A DNA stretch of 59,811 nt from IMG/VR virus record IMGVR_UViG_3300023199_000016, positions 1 to 59,811 of that record, one strand, 5' to 3'. Under the pieces are notes generated by a model. The model was not told where the DNA came from. It saw only the letters and a list, made by a program, of their open reading frames with translations, and did not search any database. The position numbers and the translations under genes are program-made. Numbering within the stretch: the stretch's first letter is position 1; each line of letters starts with the position of its first letter. Shown piece after piece: positions 26,599 through 35,659 of the stretch. The DNA is from a virus (Duplodnaviria; Caudoviricetes).

Positions 26599-27639
26599 TT
26601 AGTCCTTTGCAATCTGAATGTCGTGAGCCGCTTTCAATGCGGGTGAGAACGGATTGAACGGTTCATTAGGGAACCAACGCGTGCGTACGCATCGAACAAG
26701 ATCGGACATCAACGAACCGTGACCGCACATCGCATCGATCATATCATCGGATACACGATCTCGATTCTCTCGCATACGCTCCTCGAGCTCCATTGCATTG
26801 TTGATCGCTTGAGAGATCGGTCGCCCGTGCCACTTCCAGTCTGTGATCAGGTGATCTTGAGTGGCTGGGTCAAAGATGTCAAGGTCGTCAGGCTTGAGAT
26901 TCCGATCGTACAAGTGCATGCTTCCAACGTTGTGCGTATACGTTCCGGGCATACACTTGATCGCCTCGGCAATCAATCGTTGTAAGCAGGTGAAAGCAAA
27001 GACGTCATATGGGAACCCCAACCAAATATCGTTGCTTCGCATGTAGGTGATCGCATGAAGTCGGTCGTTGCGTCGAATGAACTGCACACCAAGGGTGCAA
27101 GGTATGTCGCCTTTCGACCCAGTGATTGAATGTAGTAAGTCACCCGCATTCCACATGGTGATCACGCACTGTCTTGTATTAGGTTGACGTTGAAGCAACG
27201 TGATTGCGGCGCTGATCTGCGTGTTGAGCGGCAGGTCCCCAACCATCTGACCGTATTCTCTGTCACGCAAGTACGAACCAAGCGTACGAAGAAACACAGG
27301 ATCATTCGTCCATCGCCAACCGTATGCACCGTGTGCCACACCGAACTCAGCGAAGCGATCGTATTGTGGCGCATATTGATGTATCATCTCGATGTCACGG
27401 TCGCCTCGACAATACCAAAGGAACTCCGCCGCAGCATAGGCGACGCTCAACTTGCGCTTTGGGTGTAAGACGAAGGTTTGGGTCAGGTCACGCAGTTTGA
27501 ATACATGCCCAATCAATTCGCGGCACCCACCGTCGCGACTCTTCAGTCGATTGCCGTTGTGTGCGAGGTCGTTGTAAAGAACTGGCCACGTGAGTGAGAT
27601 CGAATTGCTTACAAGATCATGCGGTGTTTGGGGTGACAT
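26599..27639 (-). CDS. thymidylate synthase-family dCMP hydroxymethylase/hydroxylase
   Basis: DIPC181, MRSND, GFPYD212 (Asp at the E. coli TS Asn177 position, as in T4 gp42), SMHLY. Confidence 0.8.
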   Translation of the reverse strand: MSPQTPHDLVSNSISLTWPVLYNDLAHNGNRLKSRDGGCRELIGHVFKLRDLTQTFVLHPKRKLSVAYAAAEFLWYCRGDRDIEMIHQYAPQYDRFAEFGVAHGAYGWRWTNDPVFLRTLGSYLRDREYGQMVGDLPLNTQISAAITLLQRQPNTRQCVITMWNAGDLLHSITGSKGDIPCTLGVQFIRRNDRLHAITYMRSNDIWLGFPYDVFAFTCLQRLIAEAIKCMPGTYTHNVGSMHLYDRNLKPDDLDIFDPATQDHLITDWKWHGRPISQAINNAMELEERMRENRDRVSDDMIDAMCGHGSLMSDLVRCVRTRWFPNEPFNPFSPALKAAHDIQIAKD

Positions 27640-28852
27640 GGTCTCTGTCTTTCTTTCGTGGAATACGCTGCGGTGCGTATTGCGTTATGTTGAATACTTT
27701 CTCATCAGGAGTTTCGTCAAACCACTGCCCTTGCCATTCTCCGTGCGTATCGGAGTAAGACGACTCAAAGTTCTCGCCGCCCCACTGATCATCAAGATAG
27801 AGCAAGGCCTGCTTCGCCAACCACTCGCCGGCACAAGGGCAAACGCCTTTGGCGATTTGACCGACAGGGTTCCAGCCTTTGGGCAAGACATCCTTATCCC
27901 AACCCATAAGTAATGCAAGTTCACGAACCGTCAACGGTCGATCAAGCTCGGGATGTAAGAAACGTCCGGCACTTCCGTGAATTGTTGGACAAGCACGATC
28001 CCACTCAACACGACGAATACAATGCGCACTGAACGGCATCTTAGATTGTGCGAGTGCAGAGATGTCCGCAAACCCGTCGGCACCTCGAGCCTCAAAGACG
28101 TCTGGTCGGTAGTTATGCAGGACGTTCAAGCATTCGCCCTGCCTCAACTCCGGCACCATCGCCCATTCATCCGTTGTCAAACGTTGGTATGAGTTCCCGT
28201 TGTACTTGCACTCCTTCGCACCAAGTGGCCGTTCATCAGAATGCTTTGGCTTTGATTGCTTGAATCGACCGATGATATCACGCACAGTCGCGTGCTCTGT
28301 GACAAGGTTGTCGGGTGGTTCAATGTTGAACGGTCGATCACGCTTGTAAGCGGCGAAGAAGTATCGCTTACGATGTTGTGCGTTACCAAACGTCGCAGCA
28401 TTGATGAACAGGTGCGCGATTGCATAACCGTTTGGCACGAATACGTTGTCACGCAAATAGTCAAGCAACGGTCGGCCCGTCGTGTAAGCTTGTTGAACCG
28501 ACTCCCAGATGCCAAGTTCAAACTGGCCTTTCACAGTGAACCAAGCGAAGTCATGAATGTCACACGTCGCCTTTGCCCAAGGACCGTGTCGGCCATCATC
28601 ATAGCCTCCGGTCAACGTAGAGAAGGCAGTACACCGCGGGTTGCCAAAGACAAACACAGCATTCTTGTAGAGTGATAGGGCTTCGTGCCAAGCTTCGCGA
28701 TTTGGTGTATTCACGAAGTCAATACCCATCCCTTCAACGGTATCTTTGCCAAGACCGTGAAGTTCAAACTGTGCGGGTACGTTGAACACTTTACGAACGC
28801 CTTGTGTAAAGCCACCCGCGAACACATGACAACCTACAGCGGTGTACGTCAT
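27617..28852 (-). CDS. C5-cytosine DNA methyltransferase-like protein with atypical motifs
   Basis: FAGGF (I), GNPRC (IV), WESV (VI), AQHRKRYF (VIII), RPLTVRELALLMG (IX), QIAKGV (X). Confidence 0.8.
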   Translation of the reverse strand: MTYTAVGCHVFAGGFTQGVRKVFNVPAQFELHGLGKDTVEGMGIDFVNTPNREAWHEALSLYKNAVFVFGNPRCTAFSTLTGGYDDGRHGPWAKATCDIHDFAWFTVKGQFELGIWESVQQAYTTGRPLLDYLRDNVFVPNGYAIAHLFINAATFGNAQHRKRYFFAAYKRDRPFNIEPPDNLVTEHATVRDIIGRFKQSKPKHSDERPLGAKECKYNGNSYQRLTTDEWAMVPELRQGECLNVLHNYRPDVFEARGADGFADISALAQSKMPFSAHCIRRVEWDRACPTIHGSAGRFLHPELDRPLTVRELALLMGWDKDVLPKGWNPVGQIAKGVCPCAGEWLAKQALLYLDDQWGGENFESSYSDTHGEWQGQWFDETPDEKVFNITQYAPQRIPRKKDRDHVTPNTA

Positions 28853-28855
28853 TGG

Positions 28856-29341
28856 TTACTCCTGAACGTTTCGACGATGCTCCTCAATGATACGAAGCAA
28901 GTCGGGCGGTTCGTATGTATTGCCCTTATGACGAAGACGCTCCGATCCATCAGCTTCTTTCGTCATGTTGCTTCGTTGAACCTCGAGGAAGCCAGCATCG
29001 AAAGGCAACCCAAAGGCGACAGCAGTGCCGACCAACACGTACACGGCGTCACAGAGTCCGTCAAGCGTCTGCACTTCGTTGCACTGTGACATCGCAACGA
29101 GAAGCTCACCGACCTCTTCGACGATAAGATGAGCGCGAATCAAACGCAAGTCATAGTCACCGGGACGATCCATGTCCGGATGAAGTGTACCATTCTCCCA
29201 CGCTTTCGATAGTTCGATAAGCATGATGCCAATGCGGTTCAACTCTGAACTCGCACCAAGTGTTTGACGTTCGAGTGGTTCGTTGATTGCGAACCCGTGC
29301 TTGCTGTGAAACTCTTTCAGCATTTGTTCATACGATCTCAT
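28856..29341 (-). CDS. MazG-like/PRA-PH all-alpha dNTP pyrophosphohydrolase
   Basis: EEVGEL...DGLCDAVYV...VQRSNMTK. Confidence 0.85.
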   Translation of the reverse strand: MRSYEQMLKEFHSKHGFAINEPLERQTLGASSELNRIGIMLIELSKAWENGTLHPDMDRPGDYDLRLIRAHLIVEEVGELLVAMSQCNEVQTLDGLCDAVYVLVGTAVAFGLPFDAGFLEVQRSNMTKEADGSERLRHKGNTYEPPDLLRIIEEHRRNVQE

Positions 29342-29357
29342 GATGCTTTCCTTTGCT

Positions 29358-30575
29358 TTATTGAATCACGTATCCCATTCCATCCGCAGCATCGACCATG
29401 CGGTCACGTAGATGCTGCGTCATATTGAACAACACTTCGTCCTCGCCCATCGCTGTGAAGAACTCATTCATGATGCAACGAATCTCTGCATCCGCATGAT
29501 CCGACATACGCATCTCAAAGATGTGATTCCACTGACGTAGACTTGCGCTGAAGATGAGTTGCGTTTCAAGTGCGTTACCGAGTAGACCGCGTGCTGCGCC
29601 GCGAGCTTGCTTACGCGCTTGTGCAACCGACGTCTTCTGATTTGTCTTGATCCATGCAGCAAGCAAATCGTGTTGTGCAATATAAGCAGCGATCGCCGCG
29701 CCTTGCGTTTCAAGGTAACGCGCGTAAGTTGCCTTCTTCAACTCTTCGGTCTCAGTCTTGTTCTTACCTTTCAATTCGTCCACGTACTTGAACCACAGAG
29801 GGTGCGGCCACCACGGTGTATTCGCTTCGTTACAGAAGCGTGTGCTTCGCTGGCTTATCGCCGTGAAGTCACCGTGACGAACAAGTTCGTGACTGAATCC
29901 TCGACTTCCTTTGAAGAATCCAGTCACCCACGTTGAGTCGGGCGTGATAGGTCCGCGTTGGTGCTTATCAAAGTACACCCCGACCAACCCGCCCACTCGC
30001 GTCTCAAGATCCTTGGGCAACGATAGATCAACGATCTTATTCGCACGAAGCTCGCGACGAAGGTTCTCGATGATCTGTGTTGCAAGATGCGCACTATACG
30101 GGTTGACGTCTTCGAGTCGAAGCAGTGACGACCACGAATCCCACTCGAGAACCGTGTGCATATTCATCGTGATGTTCACATGCGGAAGGTTGACCGATTC
30201 AAGCTCCTCCTCTTCATCGTACGTTGCGACCAATGGGAAAGAGTCGATCCAAACGCCCGGACGATTCAAGAATACGGTGGCGGTGTCAACGTTCCACGGG
30301 TACAACTTGAAGGTAAAGTTGCAATGTTCGTAGACCGATAGATGCCCGACGTCACGTACGTGTTGGTGCCACTCTTCGCTTGAGCGGCCAGAGCCGAACG
30401 AGTCGTAGCATACACGGCCCGCGACCTCCGCCAATTGATCGAGAGCGGTGCCTTGAAGTTGGTCGTCTTTCGGTTCGCCCATTGCTTCGGGCAGTCGCAC
30501 CTCACCGTCGGTTGTTGAATAAACAAGGTGGGCGCGTTCATCGTCAAGAGTTGCGAGTTGTATTCCAAAGGGCAT
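29358..30575 (-). CDS. thyX: FAD-dependent thymidylate synthase
   Basis: AGRVCY, GHLSVYEH, SRGFSHELVRH...SQRSTRF, ARGAARGLL, R...HADAEIR. Confidence 0.9.
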   Translation of the reverse strand: MPFGIQLATLDDERAHLVYSTTDGEVRLPEAMGEPKDDQLQGTALDQLAEVAGRVCYDSFGSGRSSEEWHQHVRDVGHLSVYEHCNFTFKLYPWNVDTATVFLNRPGVWIDSFPLVATYDEEEELESVNLPHVNITMNMHTVLEWDSWSSLLRLEDVNPYSAHLATQIIENLRRELRANKIVDLSLPKDLETRVGGLVGVYFDKHQRGPITPDSTWVTGFFKGSRGFSHELVRHGDFTAISQRSTRFCNEANTPWWPHPLWFKYVDELKGKNKTETEELKKATYARYLETQGAAIAAYIAQHDLLAAWIKTNQKTSVAQARKQARGAARGLLGNALETQLIFSASLRQWNHIFEMRMSDHADAEIRCIMNEFFTAMGEDEVLFNMTQHLRDRMVDAADGMGYVIQ

Positions 30576-30584
30576 GACGGGCTC

Positions 30585-30800
30585 CTATTCATCGTCATCA
30601 TCGAAGACATATTCATTGTGCACTAACGCTAGTGCAACTTCAAGTGCTGGAAAGTTCTTGACATGATCGCATTGCGTCACCAACCACGTCAGGTATTCGG
30701 GGTCATCTTCAGCGATGTTACCTAGGCGACGCCCGCGATACTTTCCGAAAGGCATGATCATCGCGATTGCAGAGTCTACGCTAAGCTCATCGGGGTGCAT
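30585..30800 (-). CDS. small MPFGKY-motif protein (DUF3820/ExoX C-terminal-like)
   Basis: IMPFGKYRG..L..I...DPEYLTWL; GGAG RBS before ATG at 30800. Confidence 0.7.
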   Translation of the reverse strand: MHPDELSVDSAIAMIMPFGKYRGRRLGNIAEDDPEYLTWLVTQCDHVKNFPALEVALALVHNEYVFDDDDE

Positions 30801-30801
30801 A

Positions 30802-33774
30802 TTAGAACTCCTCTTCCTCTTCATCAACAAAGTCCGGTCGGTCGGCCTTCGCCGCGTCGCCGGAATCACGCAACGTACGAAGCATGTCAATGAAGCCCGG
30901 TGTCTTTCGATACGTTCGGTCACAGCGTGTAAGCGCGTTCTTACGAACAAGCAATGATAGAAGCTTGGTTGCTCGCTCACGCGTCCACCCGCACCAATCG
31001 CATATGTCAGCAAATGCGATGTTGTCCGTTGCCAACATCTTCAAGACGAAGTCCGACGGGAAGGGCACATCAGTGAGAATACGATCGCGCACTCGTCGTG
31101 AATCATCTGGTGTCATACTGGTTGCGGCGAGCATTGCAGAAGAGAACTCTTTATATCCGCAAGCGTTATCAGAATACAACCTATCGAGAGTTTCTGCGAT
31201 GAACTCGACGTGACACCGTCGAATCACCAGCACGTTACGGTCGTCATCATCGTGACTGAACGTTCGCGCCGCTAAGCCCGCTGATAATCGTGCTAACTTG
31301 AATCGCATTGAGCCTCGATCAACGATCGGCATTGATTCACTGTACATTCCGCACAACCACACTGCTTTATCAAGGATCGCTTCTTCTGCTGCATTGGTGA
31401 ATCGTACTTGTGGCACGCCGCGGGTCCACGCCCAAAGAATGTTTCGTCTGCATAATTCCGATGTGTACTGATGCGGCACCTTTGGTCGCTTGCGCATCAA
31501 CTTGTTTATCTCGTTGACCGGCACTTGTCCCTCGGCGACGATAAGCACGGCATCAAATCGACGAATATCTTCAAGCGAGCCGATCAACTCTTTCACTGCC
31601 TCCACACCAAAGTTGTACGCAGCAAGCGGTCGATCACTGCGTGGATTGCTTACCATCACAAGCCGCGTTCGTGCATGTGATCGTCGCTTCTCGATCTTTG
31701 GTATTTCAGCGATGCCAGTCGATCGCATATCGGTCAACTTACCAAGCACCTCGGTGCTGGTCCCTTTGATCTCTTCAAGAATCACCAGTCTCTTGTCGTG
31801 CGTTGGGATCACGCCCCACGTAACGAACCACCGATTATTGCCTAACTGCTGTAAGCCACCAAGCAGGCCAGCAACCGTTGCATTCTTACATTCAATTCGT
31901 TCACCCAAACCGTAGTGACGCATCATACGAAGCGTGCTTTCAGATTTGCCCTGTGCAGTATCACCAACGATCAAGAGCTCGCCCCAACCTTTCTCCAACC
32001 TGCTGTCAAACTCGAACAAGAGTGGCGTGTGATAGATAACGTCAACCATCAAGTGCATATCACGACGATGAAAGATGCGTGTCACATTTGCTTCAAGATC
32101 TTCATACACTTGATTCAATCGTGCGTGCAACGATTCAACGGTCCACTCTTTCGGCTTGAAGATCGCGAGCTCATCAAGCTCATCCTCTTTCGGTTTGAAT
32201 TGGTTTAGGCTGTCTTCGGATAGTGCAAGATCGTTGGCGAGCAAGATTGCTTGCTGCGTCTTTGGATGCGGCCACGATCGACCAATCAACCGATAGGCGA
32301 CATTCGACTCCACCTCTTTCGATACAATGTATGCCGGTCGTGTAACGTGTTGGTCATCGCGTCGGCCTATTTCAAGTTGGGGCGTTAGTCTAACATCGTG
32401 TACGTTGTAGAACGTTCGCGGTGTGAACTCTACAACGTCGCACGGCGGCATGCACAACGCATCCAGTATCCACTTGCGATGTTTATCCGTTGACGTTTCA
32501 ACCATACCGATAAGTGCGGGCGATTGTGCAGAGATCGTTAGGTCAACAAATCCGTGTTCATCTGGTTTCTTGTGAAAGACTGGACATTCAATACAGAACT
32601 CTTTGTTTCGGGTGCACGAGCATCGCACATCCTTTGGCAACAAGTACGGCGCCGTATCAATCGCCGACACAACGGCGGTCAATCGTACACGCTTCCCGGT
32701 TCGTTCTGCATCGGCGGCTTGATGAAGATCGATGTCCTCCGGTTCGTTACGATCAAGTGGTTCCTTTACTTGAAGCGCAGGTGGTTCCCAAAGCGGCGCA
32801 CGCTTTATCAAACCGATAAGATCGGCGCTCGTCGCATCTTCACGGCCAAACCAATCATTCACATCGCCGTGTGGATACTTCGATTCATCAAGCGGCAATT
32901 CAGCCACTCGAACTTTCTTAGCGTATGCGCTTAGCATCGCCGCTACTCGATCAGTCGCTTTCTTACCTTCTGTATCAATGTCGAATAGGATGACAACGTC
33001 TTTGCCTTCAAGCAAGTGCGACAGTGATGGGTCCCAATTGCTCTCGCCGCCCGTTGCACTTACGGCGCCAATCTTCGACGGGTTCAAGTAGTGCTTACAC
33101 AGAACCGCTTTGAGTTCGCCGCCACAGATGACTATCGTATTGAATCGGTCAACTTGTTCTTCTTGATACAAGCGAAGCTTTCCGTAGCCCCGCGTGTTAC
33201 GCATCTTCTGATCACCAGGCGCACCGGGCATGTATCGACGAATGTTGACGATGAACCCGTCTTTGTCTTGCACGGGTATCGTGATGCGGCCTTTGTTTAT
33301 GCCAAGCTTTGCGTCACGAATCATCTCATCAGTTATGCCGCGCTTACGAAGTTCGCGAAGAGAAGGATTCGCTTCCCAGATTGCGTTGTGATATTGTTCG
33401 ACGAGCTTGGGGTTGAGAACTTTCTCTTGACGCAGACCGGCGTAACGCGAGCACAAGTCTTCATAGACCGCGACACGCGTTGTGTTCAATGCATTCGCTA
33501 AGAATGATAGGATGTCGCCACTGGCCTCGCACCCGGCGGTGTAACATCGCCACTGGTTCTTCTCAACGTTGATCGATGCGGAAGGGTTCTTATCGTCGTG
33601 ACACGGACAGGCCACACGAGCTTCATCCCCTTGAAGATCGTACTTCCAGCCTATGCGCTCCAACTCAGCAAGCGCGTTTATCTTTGTCAAGTCGATGTTC
33701 GCCACTACACGCCTCAACTTCAAGCACAAGAAAAGTTGCACGACCAATAAAGGCCGTGCAACCGTATCTCCCAC
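30802..33774 (-). CDS. DnaG-type primase (CHC2 Zn finger + TOPRIM) fused to an MCM-like AAA+ helicase
   Basis: CPCHDDKNPS...WRCYTAGC; FDID; CSC...CIECP; GDTAQGKS, TVAGLLGG, VILEE, IRRFD; true start may be slightly downstream. Confidence 0.85.
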   Translation of the reverse strand: MGDTVARPLLVVQLFLCLKLRRVVANIDLTKINALAELERIGWKYDLQGDEARVACPCHDDKNPSASINVEKNQWRCYTAGCEASGDILSFLANALNTTRVAVYEDLCSRYAGLRQEKVLNPKLVEQYHNAIWEANPSLRELRKRGITDEMIRDAKLGINKGRITIPVQDKDGFIVNIRRYMPGAPGDQKMRNTRGYGKLRLYQEEQVDRFNTIVICGGELKAVLCKHYLNPSKIGAVSATGGESNWDPSLSHLLEGKDVVILFDIDTEGKKATDRVAAMLSAYAKKVRVAELPLDESKYPHGDVNDWFGREDATSADLIGLIKRAPLWEPPALQVKEPLDRNEPEDIDLHQAADAERTGKRVRLTAVVSAIDTAPYLLPKDVRCSCTRNKEFCIECPVFHKKPDEHGFVDLTISAQSPALIGMVETSTDKHRKWILDALCMPPCDVVEFTPRTFYNVHDVRLTPQLEIGRRDDQHVTRPAYIVSKEVESNVAYRLIGRSWPHPKTQQAILLANDLALSEDSLNQFKPKEDELDELAIFKPKEWTVESLHARLNQVYEDLEANVTRIFHRRDMHLMVDVIYHTPLLFEFDSRLEKGWGELLIVGDTAQGKSESTLRMMRHYGLGERIECKNATVAGLLGGLQQLGNNRWFVTWGVIPTHDKRLVILEEIKGTSTEVLGKLTDMRSTGIAEIPKIEKRRSHARTRLVMVSNPRSDRPLAAYNFGVEAVKELIGSLEDIRRFDAVLIVAEGQVPVNEINKLMRKRPKVPHQYTSELCRRNILWAWTRGVPQVRFTNAAEEAILDKAVWLCGMYSESMPIVDRGSMRFKLARLSAGLAARTFSHDDDDRNVLVIRRCHVEFIAETLDRLYSDNACGYKEFSSAMLAATSMTPDDSRRVRDRILTDVPFPSDFVLKMLATDNIAFADICDWCGWTRERATKLLSLLVRKNALTRCDRTYRKTPGFIDMLRTLRDSGDAAKADRPDFVDEEEEEF

Positions 33775-33782
33775 CCGGATAC

Positions 33783-34649
33783 TTACATCTCGGTTTCTTC
33801 TTCGTCGCCGCCACTAAGGCCGTCCTCAGTCGCGGGAGTTGCCTCGAGGTCGGTTTCATCGAGGTCCTCGCTTGGCACGAGCTTGGATCGTTCGTGCAGG
33901 TCTTTCAATTCGAGATGCTGTTCCTTGAGGTATGCAAACTGTTCGGCATCCTGAACCCAGCCCGCAGACTGAAAGTCCAGTCCCCACCAGTCGCCGCCGT
34001 TACGCGGCGGACGAAGTCGAGGAGTGAACCGAATACGTTGCCCGTAGACGGGCGCCTTGCGTGAAGTGAGCAAGCCGCAAAGATTGCGACCGGTGATGTG
34101 CTCTGCACGAGCGAATCCAATGAGAACAATCTGCTCGTGCATCGGATGACCGGGCATATCAACAATGCAAACGAAGTTGAGAACCTCCGTATGCATGATC
34201 TTGAATTGCGGGTTGTCCGGGTCCTTCTCTTCGCGAAGCTCAGGGTTGCGAGCTTTCTGAACAATCGGATCCTTCTTGTCGGTCGTGCGATACCGGATCA
34301 TACCGGCAGCTTGATTCTTGATGTCGTTGCATGTCATCCATTCGGGGAAGAAGAACAGCGGGATCACCTCAAACGGCTCGCCCTCTTCGTCGTTGTCATC
34401 GCTTGGAAGCGAAAGCACCTCTTGCGTTGAAGCAACGATGCACGTGCCAACGTCGAAGCGTTCCTTGAGAACACGTTGTGAAGAGTCCTGCACGATCTTC
34501 AGTCGAGGAACAACACGGTACTCTTCCATGACCTCCGTGCCGGTCTCCTCTTCTTGTGCGATGAACTCTGGCATCGTCTCTTCTTCAGGACGAGTGGCGA
34601 GCGCCTTGGCGTCATCACCATTGCGCTTGGTTGTCTTTTTCTTCGCCAT
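33783..34649 (-). CDS. putative single-stranded DNA-binding protein
   Basis: VPRLKIVQ.SS motif, acidic C-terminal tail, position between helicases. Confidence 0.55.
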   Translation of the reverse strand: MAKKKTTKRNGDDAKALATRPEEETMPEFIAQEEETGTEVMEEYRVVPRLKIVQDSSQRVLKERFDVGTCIVASTQEVLSLPSDDNDEEGEPFEVIPLFFFPEWMTCNDIKNQAAGMIRYRTTDKKDPIVQKARNPELREEKDPDNPQFKIMHTEVLNFVCIVDMPGHPMHEQIVLIGFARAEHITGRNLCGLLTSRKAPVYGQRIRFTPRLRPPRNGGDWWGLDFQSAGWVQDAEQFAYLKEQHLELKDLHERSKLVPSEDLDETDLEATPATEDGLSGGDEEETEM

Positions 34650-34660
34650 GTCTTTGTTCC

Positions 34661-34694
34661 TTGAAGTATTGAAGTGTTGAAGTGTTGAAGTATT
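34661..34694. repeat. 4 x 8-bp tandem repeat TTGAAGT(A/G)
   Basis: ttgaagta ttgaagtg ttgaagtg ttgaagta tt, abutting the RBS of the SSB-like gene. Confidence 0.85.
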
Positions 34695-34701
34695 GGTACT
34701 T

Positions 34702-35295
34702 TCAGAGATTTGCTTTCGGATTCTTTCTCAAAGTCAACTTATAGATGGGGTAGGTCTTTGACGGATCGATGCCAGGTATGTTGACCGTACCATCACGCAT
34801 CATCGCAGTCACGAATGAAACGAGCGTAGGCCAGTGTGGCATGAACGCCTTGTGCTGCACCATGCTGCTGGGCAAACCAAGAGCGACGCATAAGTCCATG
34901 AACTCTTGCGTGTCGCGCTTTGGCATGTTCACACCATACTTCACATCAATTGATCCGGTCGCAAATCGACCACGCACCTTGTCGGTTGCTTTGGACTCGT
35001 CCTCGAGCCCTTCTTGCGACACGCGTAAGCATGTCACATTCGTGATCATATCAAGTAGACGGTTCGTCTCCTTTCGTATGTCGTCATGAAGCTTACTCAA
35101 TTCACGCAAGACGTAAGCAAGATCAACGGTGTCAACGTTGCTTATGCTTCCAGTTTGGACCGCCTTACGGAACTCCACCAAACGTTTGTATGTCCGTTGA
35201 TGCAACTCCTCACAGTGGTGCAACATCGTAACGGCGGTGTCAACCCTTTCATCAGGGTGTGCTTTATCAGACTGCTTTTCTTTCTTCTTCGCCAT
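34702..35295 (-). CDS. conserved phage replication-module hypothetical protein
   Basis: 197 aa; HWPTL..FV...PGI motif; AGGAG RBS. Confidence 0.65.
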   Translation of the reverse strand: MAKKKEKQSDKAHPDERVDTAVTMLHHCEELHQRTYKRLVEFRKAVQTGSISNVDTVDLAYVLRELSKLHDDIRKETNRLLDMITNVTCLRVSQEGLEDESKATDKVRGRFATGSIDVKYGVNMPKRDTQEFMDLCVALGLPSSMVQHKAFMPHWPTLVSFVTAMMRDGTVNIPGIDPSKTYPIYKLTLRKNPKANL

Positions 35296-35659
35296 GAGCG
35301 GCTCCTGTCATAAGATCGTCTACACTAAGTGATCGTTCTTCGTAGTCGCCAGAGACAGCGTTGAATGCAAGCAAGCGTATCGTTCCGTATCGTTGGAAAG
35401 CGACCGCCACGGCGATGCTCACCGCCATCATCTGACCCGTCAAGCAAATGTAGTCTTTCTTGGGGTCATACCGATAACTCTCGAGAGTGCGAATCGTCAA
35501 CGGTGCAAACTCATGAACCAAGAAGGGCACAACTTTGTTATCCATGAGAGTCACAATGTCGCCAAAGTCCGCAGCACCAGACACATCAAGATTCGGCTTA
35601 GGCGACTGTATGAAGAACACCCGCGGAGTGGGGTCAACAAGTTCGTGTTCGGTCGTCAT
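35267..35659 (-). CDS. small alpha/beta protein, paralog of 37833-38165
   Basis: LDV..AADFG...DYICLTG...RLLAFN....YEER. Confidence 0.65.
   Translation of the reverse strand: MTTEHELVDPTPRVFFIQSPKPNLDVSGAADFGDIVTLMDNKVVPFLVHEFAPLTIRTLESYRYDPKKDYICLTGQMMAVSIAVAVAFQRYGTIRLLAFNAVSGDYEERSLSVDDLMTGAAHGEEERKAV

Noticed and set aside
27700-27718. GAAAC-UC-CUGAUGA on the minus strand resembling a hammerhead core
   Set aside because: Lies inside the MTase coding sequence (DETPDE) with no room for stems I and III
26599-28852. TET/JBP-dependent post-replicative 5mC oxidation route
   Set aside because: No 2OG-Fe(II) dioxygenase (HxD...H...R) gene was recognised in the window
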